A DNA stretch of 64,000 nucleotides. Source: Catajapyx aquilonaris (lineage: Eukaryota). Where the stretch lies: the NCBI GenBank assembly GCA_000934665.2, contig JYFJ02001843.1, forward strand, positions 1-64,000. The letters run 5' to 3'. Below the pieces are notes generated by a model. That model was not told where the DNA came from. It did no database searches and saw only the letters and a list, made by a program, of their open reading frames with translations. Both the position numbers and the translations under genes were made by a program. Positions within the stretch are counted from its first letter, which is position 1. Each line of letters starts with the position of its first letter. Below are positions 38,101 through 50,337 of this stretch, in pieces.

Positions 38101-41100
38101 AGCTGGCATTGTTAATGTTGCGGGGGGGTTGTGTCCGTTGCCATGTTTCAACTTGTAACTTTCCTCATTGGGAGTAGTCAGAAGCATTCTAGTTTGGCTC
38201 TCTCTCTTTCTGCTGGGACAGAAGCCATTAATGGCCATGGCTGGGCTGTCGGAAGAAGGAAAGCCAGGATATTTCACGCACGTCTCATTTGGGACGCCTC
38301 CTGAATACAGATCATTCCGGGGACCCACATTTTCCAAATACCATCCTCTCCTTTTTCACTGGGGTATTATTGCCCACCTTCCTTTCTTTTTTCTTTCTAT
38401 TTCTCTTCCCCGCCTCCTCCTTGCTGGCTGACTACTTCTCATTGTGTTCTCATTACTGATTCTGTCTCTCTAGTCTGTCTTTAATTACATCTGGCTTAGC
38501 CCCTTTTCCAAGGAGGAACCGCCTTTTCCTTTGCCGGATTTTCTTGGTTATCAGACCCAGTCCCTTTTGTTCCGAGCAAAGTAGTTGAATGGGTTCCCTT
38601 TGACTCGGATTTGGCTAATTGAATGAAGGTGGTTGGAGGACACAAAAGGGGATGTGCTGATCACATCTGATGCAAATCCCACAAGAGCCCCTGGGCACTG
38701 TTCACAAGATGCGACCTGCTGGGGGGGTTCGCATTGTAAGGGATCAAATTTTCAAAACCCAGACATGCGTTGTCAGGCTGGGAAATCTGATATCTTGGCG
38801 TCACTCTGACTCCAGAGGGCCATTTTGTCTCGCCAGTAATGTACCATTTACAGTGTATTATTACTCGAGGCGTCACATATTCGCTTCAACCAATGACAGA
38901 ATATTATAGAGGTGGCGGCTTCATCATTATTCGTTTCCAGCTCGTGCCAATGTAAGCCTGAGTGGTCAGTGCGCGCCAATAAATCCAAAGTCAAACAATT
39001 ACCAGGGAAAACCCATGGCCAGTAATAAATGGATGTGAGGGCCAGGCTGTAACCAGCCAGAGAGAAATAATGACCTAGGAATTCTGCCGAAGCCTTGTGT
39101 GTTTTTTTTTCACTTGTGCAACGGAGAAAAGTGTTACCTCAGATGCTCATTATTTCCCCATCAAGATTTACGAGATCGGAGCTGAATGGACCGGGACGTA
39201 AAATCAATTGCAGTTGGGGCTGCTAATGTGGAAATGAATAAGTGGCGCCGGGAATAAAACCCCCAAACAAGATATCGGAGCACTGGTTGAAGGACATTGC
39301 ATTGAAAAGCTCTTTTACAATGGAGGAAAATCCCACATAAGAGCTAAAGCATCAGAGAAGAAGATGAAACCTTCAAAATGCAAGGATTGAGGAAAATCAG
39401 AGCCGTCTGTAAACTCTTAAATCAGCTTAAGTAGTGATTGAATATACATTTCCTTTTAAATATAGATTGGCAGGACTGTGCATATCGATACCGGGACAAA
39501 AAAAAGCTTAATTTATGTACGCCCTCATTTCCTAGTCCATTGCACATGAAAAAAGTCACCATTGGATTCAGCTCATTACACACACCGATGAACAAGACAG
39601 TAAGGGCATTATTATTAGCACCATTACAGCATCACATGCAGACCAGAACTTCCCCCAAATTAGTGGTGGAGCGGTCCAGAGTGCTAAACAAGGCTGGTCT
39701 TATCAATGAAGTTGATTACTATATTCGCGGTATGGTGTTTTTGAAATAAAAATGATGGGAGGTCCTATAGTAGCGTCCATAATCTCCAAGTTTACACCGG
39801 CGTGGTTAATGAATGGGAAGCCCCCGATATCGCTAATGAACCTTATTATCACTGCAACAGGCAAAAGCATTGTCCCAGTTTGAGTACTGCAGAGGAGTTC
39901 ACTTAACTGCCGCAATAACGGGTGTTGATTAAACACCACAAATTTGAGAGAGCCTAGCTTCGTCCAGGCGTGGCTGCGGGGACCACTTCTGCCCCAAAAT
40001 TCTGGTCGGTTGGTATACAACAGACCGTGAAACACGAGCTGAATAGCGAAACTTAGCCTACCGCAAACGTATCCCCAACACGTGACAAACTCAATATTGA
40101 ATTCCACATCAGGCGCATTCTCATGCAGTAACAATGGCTGCTCCGAAACACTGTTAATTGCAAAATGTCACGGCACCGGGGTTTCAATGGCATTCCAGTC
40201 GAGTGTTTGTGTGTACTGCTCTTCAACTGCCGTCAGTCTCTGCTGACTGTCCGTCTAAAAATGGTTCGACAAAAAAATAGTAACTGCTCAATAATAAATA
40301 GTTTCGCGCAAAAAAACAACTGATTGAATTCTGAACATGCTGCATTTTTCCTGAGATTCTACAAGAGAGATATTAGCTAACTCCCAAGTTTAAAAGGATG
40401 GTTGGAGCTTTGCCCTTTTTATATAAAGGGTTAAAAATAGCATTTTTCCATGGACCCAGAGAAATCACCTGGAGATCAATTTCCCCGGGCCGTCGATTCA
40501 GTCTCCAGCACAAGACTTTCTCCAGGTAATCCGACCCCTGCGGTGGAGGCGTAATCTTGGGTTTCAAGAGAGACCCGTGGAAGTAATGCACACAGAAAGG
40601 GAATACCGCGTGTAGCACAATTCGGCTCACATCCGTATCGGCAAAAAATATTTAAAATCAATTGAAATTTTCTATTAATTTGTCGCCTCACATTCAAGTG
40701 GGGAAGAGACTCACATCAATTATAATGTGCTACACTAGTGAGTTCAATGCCTGCAAAATATTTGCTTATACACTCAGTTCTGAAACACACGGTGTATACC
40801 TGTAGGGGGATGACGTGACCAGAAACGCTGTCGTGGAATCCACGTCGAATTGAACGCGTGGGAGTTGTTGCATCAGACCTGATGAAAAGAGAAAGCATCC
40901 GACCGATCTCATGTTTTTTGGTACACACCGCACGTGAACCGAATTCGTATGTTCCCATTCCAGCCCACCGAAATGAAAGGTGCAACATAAACCTATCAGG
41001 AATATCTCATATAATTTACATGATCCTTTTTTTACAAGAGGTAAATCCCATGAGTCTCATCTTATGGCTGGCATATCCCTCGACCTTTTAATAACCCACA

Positions 41101-44100
41101 ATGAGCTGGGGGGCCCTGCCACGACATAATCAGCTAGTTATTCTCTCCTGAAGTACTCGTCCAGATACAGAGAGTCCGCTTTGCATAGATTAAATCTCAG
41201 ATGTAAACTAGGCAGGCAAGCATAGTATATGAAACAGTACCGAGAGGCTGAAGTGGCTAATTTTGTGCGCGTTACATCTCTTGGGGTAAGAGCGTGGGTG
41301 GAGACGATGGAAGAGGAAAAGCAGTCAAGTGCAATCAAAAGGAGGCGAGAAGCAATTTCTCCGGCAGTAAAATTGGGCGAATCCTTCCCAGAAGAAGCCT
41401 CGTTCCAAGCCCTTTGGACCTATCAAACAGGCAATATCGACTCCATCCAGGGTCTCACCAATAAGCTATATATAGGCCTACCTCATTTAAAGGGTGGGCT
41501 GTTTAAACAGACCAGTAATCGACATATACCCTCAGAAGTGGCCTGAAACTTTCTGAAGTGTTATTTGCAGGAATTTAAACACAAAACCGAGGCATTTCAA
41601 AAGTATATCTCATTTACATGATGGCCTATAAAGCTGCTTATAATTTTCTAAAAATAGGTCTGCTTTTTAAGCCTTATAAATGATGATGATGTTACTTTTC
41701 CCTACTTATGCAGAGTACACGTTTAAAGACCATACACTTTGCAATTATTATGAGTTTGAATCAGGTGAATTATTCGCAGCAGCACCTTAATGAACGTTAA
41801 TGAATTTGCATTTGTTGACTAGTTATTTAGTTTAATAACAATGTTATTGCTGTGTTTTCCAGTTGATTTGATGGCATGTTTAATGAGTCCATGCCACATG
41901 CTTGATTACAGTCAGGTTGGCTTACCGCAAAATATTTTCTGTTATTAAGCTGCGGATTCCTGGGATATACCTGCGCACCGATGGTGTATACATTTATTAA
42001 CTGGCTCCCGGTGGGATTACATGGCTTTCCGCGAATTCCTCGCGAAACTGAATTCACTTTGGATTCTCTTCTCTCAGGCCCTGGATTCCCAGGAGGCCAA
42101 TTTTCTCTCTCGAAGTTGGAATATAAAAATTTTTAGGGGCCAACTATTTCTCCAATAATGATGGCATTGCCACTTTGGCCAAAGTTGTACCAGCCAGGAA
42201 TCTAATTCCAGGAATATTGATTATCGTCGGCGAATCTTTTGAGGAAAAAAAAAGACCTGACTTTGCTCAAAAAAGGGAGAGTATCTAGGCCTTGCTGCTG
42301 CCAAAAGTGATCAATATTCTATTATTCATCCAGCACACTCGAAGGTGATGATTACGCCTTGTGTCAGAATCAGAAAAAAAATGGCTAGGGAAAATTCGCA
42401 AGCTGTGCTAAAAAAAAAAATTGGCATCTACATGAGAGGAAATCCTGCGGCCTGATCCCGTATAACTATGGATCGGAAGCCGCAGTAATGCGAGTTTGGT
42501 CGCATTGATGCGAAATCACGCCATGCGGCTCATTTAATAATCCCGGAGCTTGTAACATTTCCGGATCAGCAGTCCGTGTGAAACCCCAGTTCGGTGAAGA
42601 GTCACACATTCGCAACACGTGCGTTGCATGTTTCCTTGTTGACATGCGGTGCGCAAATCGCCTAATTTTTCTGTTAATTTTTCCCGCGTCATGTTTTTTT
42701 GTGTATAGAGAGGTGTAATTAGCTGTGGGCGACGCATGATCCGACACAATTACTGGAAAGTGTCGTTAAAATTGAAGCATCAGAGCTATTGATGATGTAC
42801 GGGTCCAGCAATCAGTAACGGAGTTGAAAATATTTTTTTTAATGTCCGGGGGCGAAAAGGCGGGGGCGAAAAGTCCGGATCCCAGAAATAATGTTAATAT
42901 TCCGGCTAATAATTAATTCTACATAACATAAATTCAAAAGTGAAAACAAATGCAAATATTTTTAACTTACAATAGTTTTTTTCGGATTTATTACAGCTAA
43001 GATAAGTGTACTGAGTCCAGCCGATTCCGTTTGGAGTCTCAGCCAAAAGCGCATAACTTGAAAACCGAGTTTCCAAGCGTGTAACATACAGTAGTTAGAG
43101 GATCTAGAGAGACCCGGACTGATGAAAATGTCCGCCGCGTGTGTGCAATATCCTCCCCATTTCCGGGGGCCATTCCTCTGGGCCAGTTCCCGGAATATTC
43201 CGGGGGTCCTGCTGCGGCTTTTCTGCTCGTGGAAATACATTTCCACGTACTAAGTACAGGGTGGTCCACAGTCCTCAAAAATTATGTTAAATCCGCTTAT
43301 TTGCATTGGGGATATGATCCTACGTGGATAGTTGTACATGAAACCATTTTGTTCCTGTCACATGAGGACATTGGGGCTACCCTGCAGAGTCGTAGACAAC
43401 ATCCAGGTGTCGTCTTCCCCCAGCAAACACTGTCCAGCTGCATGGGTGTAATTATTGCGTCTGACTTACAACCGTATATGTCCGGTGCACACGAGTAAAT
43501 TCACTCCAGGCTGTGAACGTATCGATTCGCGACCATTTTCAGCTAAGTTTACTCTGCTGCCGGCATCGCTCAGGATAAATGTCACTCGGAGGCGAAATGA
43601 TATATCCCCGCTTGCTGCTGGTGGTGCGACAGGAGAGATTCACGGTCAAATGAGCCGGGCCAGAAAGGTAATGCAGCTTGATGAATGGGAACTGATCGTT
43701 CGCTGCTGATGGTACGTGCCGGTTCCGGTTTCAAAGGGCGCCGAACAGTACCTCGGAGCAACGATCCGCTGGATTAGCCGTATGGTTTTGCACACTTCAA
43801 TAATTAAATATTGTCACATTGAAGTCAATATAATATTGTTCACTCTTATAGAAATTGCCTGAGCAGCAGCCTGCATCGCCTGTCTATATATGGCTGCTGG
43901 GAAAGGACGACTGGACAAGATGGAAAAGATACCGCCAAAGATCAGACCAGCAACCTCCAACATCTTAGTGGTCAAGATACTAATTTATGCCATGCGTCTT
44001 GCGAAAACTAGGAAGCAATTAACACCACCACCGACCACGACTTAGAAGGGTCCTTTGTGTCGCCCTACCTTGCATATATTAATTAGAATGAAAGCTACAA

Positions 44101-47100
44101 TGCGATCGATTAGGCGACAAGACGTGGTCGTCTCGAAGGTGCTGTAACAATTAACTCTCTGCTCCGATCGCTGGTCTAGACGAATGGCAAAAGGTTATTG
44201 CTGGGTTATTGCTATGTCATTATTTGTAAACGCACGAAATGAACTCTTTGTGGTTGATTATTACCGTTCAATTTTTTTATAAATTTAGCATGCACTCTTT
44301 TGCAGATTATGGTCATATGACATTATTCTTAGTATGTATTTGCTGCAGGACGATTTGTGTGTTGTACTGCTATTTCTATGGAAAAACTCGCATATCATTA
44401 TCAATTATTGAATTGCAGAATTTTCACCGAATGATACTTTATCTATACTTTCTTTCTGCAAGGAATTATTGATCGCTTAATTGCAGGCACGATTAATGCA
44501 AGTATTTTTGTTTTGTTATGCATGTCGTGTGGATTACACAAACTGACCCGGTAACACGTCTCTGCGAATTTCACGTATGCTCAAAGTGGCGAAAGTTGTT
44601 ACTTGACGAGTGGCTGATGCTAGCGAAAGAAATAATTTGCATTGCAGTGTAGTTGCCATTCTTATTAAGCACCAGTCTGCAACGTCGAAGGTTATCTGGA
44701 TTAAACGTGTTTTGGCTGCCTAAGAAGGTAGGCTCTTGTGCGGTGAAGGCTACAATAAAAAGCTCCTCCTTGATCAAAGTTTTAATTGCTTTTAGGTGAC
44801 AATTTGAAAGTCAATTAAAATTCTGACCAAGAAGGAGCTTTTTATTGTCGCCTTCATCTCACAAGGGCAACAATGAAGATCGACTAGTCGTTATACCGAC
44901 TTGGTCCTCTTAAAACAGATGTGATGAAACCTTCAGGCCAAAACACTGGCGGATGATTATTCACAAAAGGTTACTAAGTCCAGGAGATTAAAAAAATATT
45001 GCGTAGTTCACAAAAGAAACTTTACACATCCATTATTATCCGTTTTAATTTGATTCGTTTTACATTCAATTGTGTTGACTTCCATTCTTCAATAAGGAAT
45101 TTATCTGCCTGTCATTCTATTTCTATTTATTTTAGGTGTGATGTAATTCCATTATTAATTCAATTCCTAATCTCGTTAGCCGAAAGAATCGAAAATGGCT
45201 TCGACTCTACTTCAGCAAGACAGACTGCATTAACCTAGTTCAGAAATAAATTACTACAATTCACAAATTAGTGAATGCTTATTTGGAAAGTTGGTTCTTA
45301 TTGTGTGCAGCTACTTCACTTAAAGTCTTAATGAACTTTGCTCCAGCCTTGCATATACTGTAATATGAAGAGGAAAGTTGACCTTACGACTCTTGTGGCC
45401 CAAGGGTCTCTTTTGCAGAGCTCCATGAAACAGGTCAGGTTAAGTTAGAATGGACCCAGTCGACACCGGATAAATACACTCTAGCTTACATGATAATAAC
45501 TGATATTACATAACCCCATATTCGAGCAGGCAGAAATGTAATACGGTATTTAATGCAAGACATACAGTATTATTACTGAGACATACAAAAAAATCAGGCA
45601 GATCCAGTATATGACTGTATATTTTACATATTTTGCTTTACAACTTGGGGTAGGTCCTAGCTGTAACTTCCTCTCACACTTCTGGTGCAATTTATGACTA
45701 GATGCCCCGCGTGTACTGTAAGATTAGTACCGTATGAACAATTTGGTAACCGCATAATTGATGCCAAAGCCTGCCCGTGCACTCAGGGTTGAGCAAATTC
45801 CTGGCCACGTCACAACCAGAAGCCTTGCCTGCGTAAGAGCAGATAATTTTACACCCGAGCGCTTAGCACTAATAAATGTAATTATATTAAAGGGACTCGT
45901 AAAAGAAAATTAGCTCACGCGGTTAATGCGATTCAGCTTGACGTTGAAGAATTTATGGCGCATCACACGGACCTTTTCCAATCTCAAAGGCTGCCGCGGA
46001 CTGGGCTTGGGCGCAAAATCCGGCGCCACAATTGCAATGTAATCATGGTCAAAGATCTTTCAGGATATTATGCACATTCCAGTATGGTTAAAAATGTTCG
46101 CATAATATGTACAATATTCAACTACTAAAAACCTAATATTACCTGCTGGAAAAATATTTGGTGAAATCCTGTAGGTTTTGCGAGCAGTTTTGTACCACCC
46201 GGTGCTGCTTTTGCGGTTTTGGCAAAAAGCTATTCGCGTCTCCCGTAAATGATGCTGAATCGCTCGTTTGATTCGCGGAATTTAGGGGGTGTGCACAAGT
46301 AGTCTCTCTTTTTTTTAAACTCCCTCTGCTGGTGGATCGAGCTAATTGCGAGTTTGAATGCAAAACCTACCCTCCTACTAAACTGTGGCCACCGATAATG
46401 GTTCGGGTTTTCCAGCAGTTTGGCGTAGGCTTGCTGTGGAGAATATTCCCCGTCGCGAACTGACGCAGCAAATGACACGGACGTCGCGTCGGCCTCAAAT
46501 TATGTGGCAGACGTGGTGCTGGGGACGATACAAGGGATGAATATCGGATTGGTTTTGTCTACTGTCTGTACCCGACGGTGTTCGTATCACTCACCGCTCT
46601 TCTGATGATTTACGAGTGATGAGGCGCGCCATCTCATGAATGCGGGCGTGAATTATTCATGCGTTACAGCAGGTCAGTCCGTATATCAGAGGTCTGGGCT
46701 CACCCGATTGGAAATGCGGCAAGATTTGGGCGGAGTTTGCAGGCCACATTATTATGACAAAATGTCACTGTAACACCCGGTATAAATATAGTAACCGCAG
46801 TATTTACCTGCAGTTATTACGTGAGCTTTTATTCGTATTCATACGATTCAGTGAGTACTTTCCACGCCGATTGAATTAATATACGCCAACCTGCTGATCA
46901 AATATTCCCGCATGTTTAAATAGGTAAAACATAACTCGGCAGGAGCAGGTGGTGCAAGTTAATGCACCTGCAAACACAATAAAAGCAGCGATGGCGTGCA
47001 CGTTTGTGCTATGAAACCTTCCATGCATGCGTCCCGAATAAATAACCTATTGTGTTCATTCAATGGACGCAACAATGCACTCTTCGTAATCTGGCTATTG

Positions 47101-49191
47101 TTAGGTCCAGGTGTATATTTCACTGTGCGGAAGCGTTTCTATCGAGAATTCAACATGCTGTAATGGAGGGCCATACTCCAGCTTTGTGCCCTTTCAGAAT
47201 AAGAAGGGGCTATTAATATGCATTGAGTACAGTATGCAACGCTGCATGCCGATGTGGTGGCTGAAATAGGCCTACCTTTAGTACCGGTACGCCATTGTTG
47301 GTATTTCTATTCAGCCCTATGCTCACTAAATTTAAGAAAAAAATCTCTATCTCTATAAATAAGAAGAGTTTGTTTGTTTGTCCCTTATAGAAATCCAGGG
47401 GAAGGCCCCTACACCGCCTTAAATTAGCATATCGGGGGTTACTTTTTCCAAGGAATCTAACGCCGCATGTTTCAGCTTCCGAAAATGAACCTAACTCCCA
47501 CAACACGCATATTCCCGAATCTTCTCACTTCTCAGGCCTTAACAATTAACTTACATAAACATCAAGTAACAATAAGTCATATCGATTCACATTCCCATGG
47601 AAATGCCCTTATGCAATAATACCGCCTAGAAAATTAAAGCATTGCCGTAAATTCAACGCATCCACCAATTACGCTAATTGGCCACCTCACGTGAGTTCGT
47701 ATCGTATGGGCATTCCGGGATTTTGTGGGATTTGCAACTAGACTTCCAGACAAAAATAAGTACAATAAAATATCAGTAAAACTTCCATAAGTCGAACTTC
47801 CCTAAGTCGAACTAATCTATAAGTCGAAGAAAATGATGAGCTTGGTTGGTCACAATGTAAAATGAAAATTGGAAATAAACTTCCCTAACTCGAATTTCTA
47901 TAACTCGAAGTTCTCCATAACTCGAAGTGCAGGCAGGGCCTTACGATGGGATATCAATGCATTTTCAGTCCAAGTTCATGTTGGCGAGTATACGGTATTC
48001 TCATTTCCCAGCCGAAGGGTAGTGAGTAGGCCACATGCGGCCACATGCACAGAAAGGCTCAATTTCCTGATCTCCGTCTACCAGACGTAGCCAAAGAAGT
48101 GTTTGTATCTGTTGAGACAATTGAATCCTTGAATTTAAGAGTAGCCAAATGTCCATAACTGAGATTTTTTCACAACAAAACAATGAGAAACATTGTAAGT
48201 GTGATAGTGACAGTTATTTTTAAGTTTTGAACACCTTTCGTCGCTGGATATAAAGGTAGGCTTCCTTATAGGGTTAAGTGCTTAAATAATTCCAAATTTC
48301 TCTAACTCGAATCTTCTATAACTCGAAGTTTTTTTCAGGTCCCATTGAGATTCGACTTATGGAAGTTTTACTGTAATACAGTATTTACAAATATTACTAC
48401 GAACTATGTGTTGAAAATCAAATTTCCCACCATGCATCTGTACATACATTTCTAAATTTCTTCAGAGAAAACATATGGAACGAGGTGGGGGTGTGAAGTG
48501 GGGTTGGGGGNNNNNNNNGGGTCAAAAATGCAGGGGGGGAACACTTGGCTGTGCAGTCTTTTCCTGGGCCAACTCCATCTGCATTCCTCTTTTTACACAT
48601 CCAATCAGAATACCTGTGTCGACTATAGCTATAAGACAAGCAGGTTATCTATCACAGATAGTGACAAACTTTGGCTTATTGCAACTTATAAGGCCCATTT
48701 TAAGACATATCAAGCTTCGAGTGTATTGAAGGGAAATTCTTACAAACAAATGCACTTCCTAAAATACTGTATATGTAACCCTACCTTTACCAGCACCCCA
48801 ACATACCCGGGCAACGCCGGGTAACCTGCTAGTTTAATATAAGGTAAATCTTTTCGACCTAATCATAAGCTACGATTGGAAATTAACAAGTAATAATTAA
48901 TAGGTTTAATTACATGAGCAAATGAAATTTTTGCGAGAGAATTGTAACAACATAGCGTGTAAAAGGGTTTCCATTATCTAAAAGCCAGTTTAATAAGTAA
49001 CTTTTCAATTAACAGGTTAAGAGTGCACAGTGCGCCTAATTACATTTACTCGTGTTTATGCTTATTTTCCGCTAAATCAATCAACCTTGAATCAACCTAA
49101 AGTAACAACGACTCCATCGATATATATGAAAACTAAAAACATAGATGTAAAGGATGTGGAAGACCAATGAATGATGCACCCTCTCAATGGC

Positions 49192-49261
<70 letters not shown>

Positions 49262-49899
49262 TTCTTCTTAAGTGTGATGTATGCAAAATGTGAATGGAAA
49301 GGTTTTCTCCATCCCACGTCATCCAACGTCATTCTCTCACGCATTCTTTTCACGCATACAGTGGCCATATGAGTGATCAACGTACATCTAAAAGCCACTT
49401 CACGTATAAAAATAAGCGTTATTCCCTATTATCACGCATAAACCGATTATAAGCGTGATTGTATGCGTGAAGCTATTTAGAGTGTAGAAGTTTATTTTTA
49501 CTGATTGAATAGAAATATTTTCTATTGGTACCATGTTCATATTCCTTTATACAGTATAGGTCTACAGTAGGCTATAATCACTATAACTGTGGATTAAGAT
49601 AATGTGGTATGCATTACTTGAAATCTATGTGCAGAAAGCTGAAGATTGCAATCAATTGTGGTTTAACAATCCATAGTTATTGTGATTCAGCTTTTTTTTC
49701 TGTACACAACATCGGTTCTTACCGGTGGCAATATTAATGTAGCAATGGCCGCACTCAGGGCTTTAAGATTGAGCGGCTCTTCCGCGCAGGAATCTTGCCT
49801 TAAGTTAGCCAACGCCTTGAGATCCGCCTCTGTGTGATCCTCCGAATCTTGCCCGTTGCTCTTACTTTTCAGAAGCCCCTTGCTGAAAGGACACGCCAT
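7980..49899 (-). CDS. Gycalpha99B: Soluble guanylate cyclase alpha subunit, complete 10-exon CDS: join(49723-49899,34175-34245,26906-26988,20729-21423,17415-17594,14116-14254,13027-13193,9635-9778,8260-8414,7980-8172), 667 aa
   Basis: Hand-spliced exons give one open frame of 2004 nt with GT-AG introns. Domain order is H-NOX-like, PAS/H-NOBA, coiled coil, class III cyclase. Arthropod alpha-type start MACPF; motifs [24 protein letters not shown] and the alpha-type [12 protein letters not shown]. Confidence 0.95.
8260..8414 (-). CDS. Gycalpha99B: sGC alpha exon 9 (cyclase)
   Basis: [45 protein letters not shown] donor followed by an 87-nt intron. Confidence 0.97.
9635..9778 (-). CDS. Gycalpha99B: sGC alpha exon 8 (cyclase)
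   Basis: [15 protein letters not shown]...DGKPIQ; canonical splice sites, 144 nt. Confidence 0.97.
13027..13193 (-). CDS. Gycalpha99B: sGC alpha exon 7 (cyclase domain start)
   Basis: [16 protein letters not shown]...LDVYK; AAG|GTGAGT donor. Confidence 0.97.
14116..14254 (-). CDS. Gycalpha99B: sGC alpha exon 6 (coiled coil)
   Basis: [52 protein letters not shown] acceptor, G|GTGAGT donor. Not in the ORF track. Confidence 0.95.
17415..17594 (-). CDS. Gycalpha99B: sGC alpha exon 5 (H-NOBA)
   Basis: ELKGQM...FLGSP...[15 protein letters not shown]; canonical splice sites, 180 nt. Confidence 0.97.
20116..20171. repeat. Perfect 56-bp palindrome with no loop
   Basis: TGGCGGTAAATAATATTCTCATCTTCTA|TAGAAGATGAGAATATTATTTACCGCCA. 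Confidence 0.95.
20729..21423 (-). CDS. Gycalpha99B: sGC alpha exon 4 (H-NOX-like C-half and PAS/H-NOBA N-half)
   Basis: ORF 20627-21415 ([26 protein letters not shown]); CTTTCCAG acceptor, GAG|GTCAGT donor. Confidence 0.95.
24304..24396. repeat. 30-bp minisatellite, 3 copies
   Basis: TGGTACAAACAATGTG(T/G)ACTGGACCATCAT x3 with one mismatch. Confidence 0.95.
26906..26988 (-). CDS. Gycalpha99B: sGC alpha exon 3 ([27 protein letters not shown]), ends phase 1
   Basis: TTTTCTTTGCAG acceptor, CTG|GTAAGT donor; 83 nt, phase-compatible on both sides. Not in the ORF track. Confidence 0.85.
28167..28373. mobile_element. Tc1/mariner-type palindromic MITE
   Basis: TA|CAGGGTGGTC...GACCACCCTG|TA; arms complementary over nearly the whole length. 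Confidence 0.9.
30627..30733. repeat. Degenerate inverted repeat (old foldback MITE)
   Basis: GGTTGAATTTTCGTCCCA...TGCTAACTTA..GTACCA mirrored with mismatches. Confidence 0.55.
34175..34245 (-). CDS. Gycalpha99B: sGC alpha exon 2 ([12 protein letters not shown]...TAVR), ends phase 2
   Basis: Pyrimidine tract with TGCAG acceptor, donor AG|GTAAGT; keeps frame between exons 1 and 3. Confidence 0.85.
37553..37820. mobile_element. MITE-like element with GC-rich inverted arms and an internal (CCTAA)n tract
   Basis: TACTGGCGTTCGGGAGGCGG at 37576 is mirrored by CCGCCTCCCGAACGCCAGTA ending 37796; AACCTAACCTAACC at 37673-37686. Confidence 0.7.
44735..44865. repeat. Imperfect inverted repeat, arms about 54 bp (MITE-like)
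   Basis: CTTGTGCGGTGAAGGCTACAATAAAAAGCTCC... mirrored by ...GGAGCTTTTTATTGTCGCCTTCATCTCACAAG. Confidence 0.75.
47774..48373. mobile_element. pogo/Tigger-like non-autonomous element, 600 bp
   Basis: Perfect 23-bp TIR CAGTAAAACTTCCATAAGTCGAA; subterminal TAACTCGAA/TAAGTCGAA repeats; TA on the right flank. Confidence 0.9.
48511..48518. other. Assembly ambiguity (8 N) inside a G-run
   Basis: nnnnnnnn flanked by Gs. Confidence 0.99.
48804..48833 (+). mobile_element. Helitron 3' terminus
   Basis: GC-rich hairpin TACCCGG-gcaacg-CCGGGTA followed closely by CTAG|T; 5' TC end not located. Confidence 0.7.
49192..49260. repeat. (TAA)23 microsatellite
   Basis: Direct read; it explains the spurious poly-N and poly-L ORFs here. 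Confidence 0.98.
49723..49899 (-). CDS. Gycalpha99B: sGC alpha coding exon 1 (MACPFSKG...LILPP), phase 0
   Basis: ATG in accATGg context, MACPF start, donor CCG|GTAAG at 49722. Confidence 0.9.
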
Positions 49900-50301
49900 G
49901 GTTCCCCCTCCCGAAAAACCAGCTAGAGCAGCAGCAGCACACCACACCACGTGGCGACCACGTGTCCGCCCGACCTGCCCTCTGCCGGTGGCGTCCTCCA
50001 AACAACTCCCTCCACCTGGCGTGAAGACCCGATCATCCGATTGGTACAGAGGCCCCCTCTCCTCCCCCGGTGTAGCTCAGCCCAGATCCGCGAGATTGCA
50101 GCAAATGCCTCGGATCCCACACCCCATGCCGAGCAGGGGAGCTGGATGAACACAGGTTCGCGCCGGGTAAAAGCACGGGAGCGATTCAACCGGAGGATAG
50201 GCCAGTAGTCGCGAATAGGGCTCTCCCCCCCCACTCCCCATCCACCTACTAGTCACTATTGCGCTTGGGGTTTCGCGCATCTGGGCCAACCAATGCCACC
50301 C

Positions 50302-50337
50302 AGCTGAAGGGGGAACCCGAGCAGTCTCAGTTATATA
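50302..50337 (-). promoter_or_regulatory. Candidate TATA box plus initiator-like element of sGC alpha
   Basis: TATATAA at 50337-50331, about 30 nt before the A (50305) of TCAGCT, followed by a GC-rich leader of about 400 nt to the ATG. Confidence 0.4.

Noticed and set aside
38168..38431. Plus-strand ORF with a signal-peptide-like start
   Set aside because: TTG start, no recognisable domain, pyrimidine-rich tail.
42844..42883. GGGGCGAAAAG x2 ending CCGGATCCC, resembling a transposon terminus
   Set aside because: No partner inverted end or target-site duplication found.
43470..43900. Leader-like block with TATATA and a TT|GTAAGT donor in intron 1 as another coding first exon
   Set aside because: The frame that would join exon 2 has a TGA and no ATG before the donor; no coding support.
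49081..49398. Poly-Leu and poly-Asn ORFs
   Set aside because: Artefacts of the (TAA)n microsatellite.
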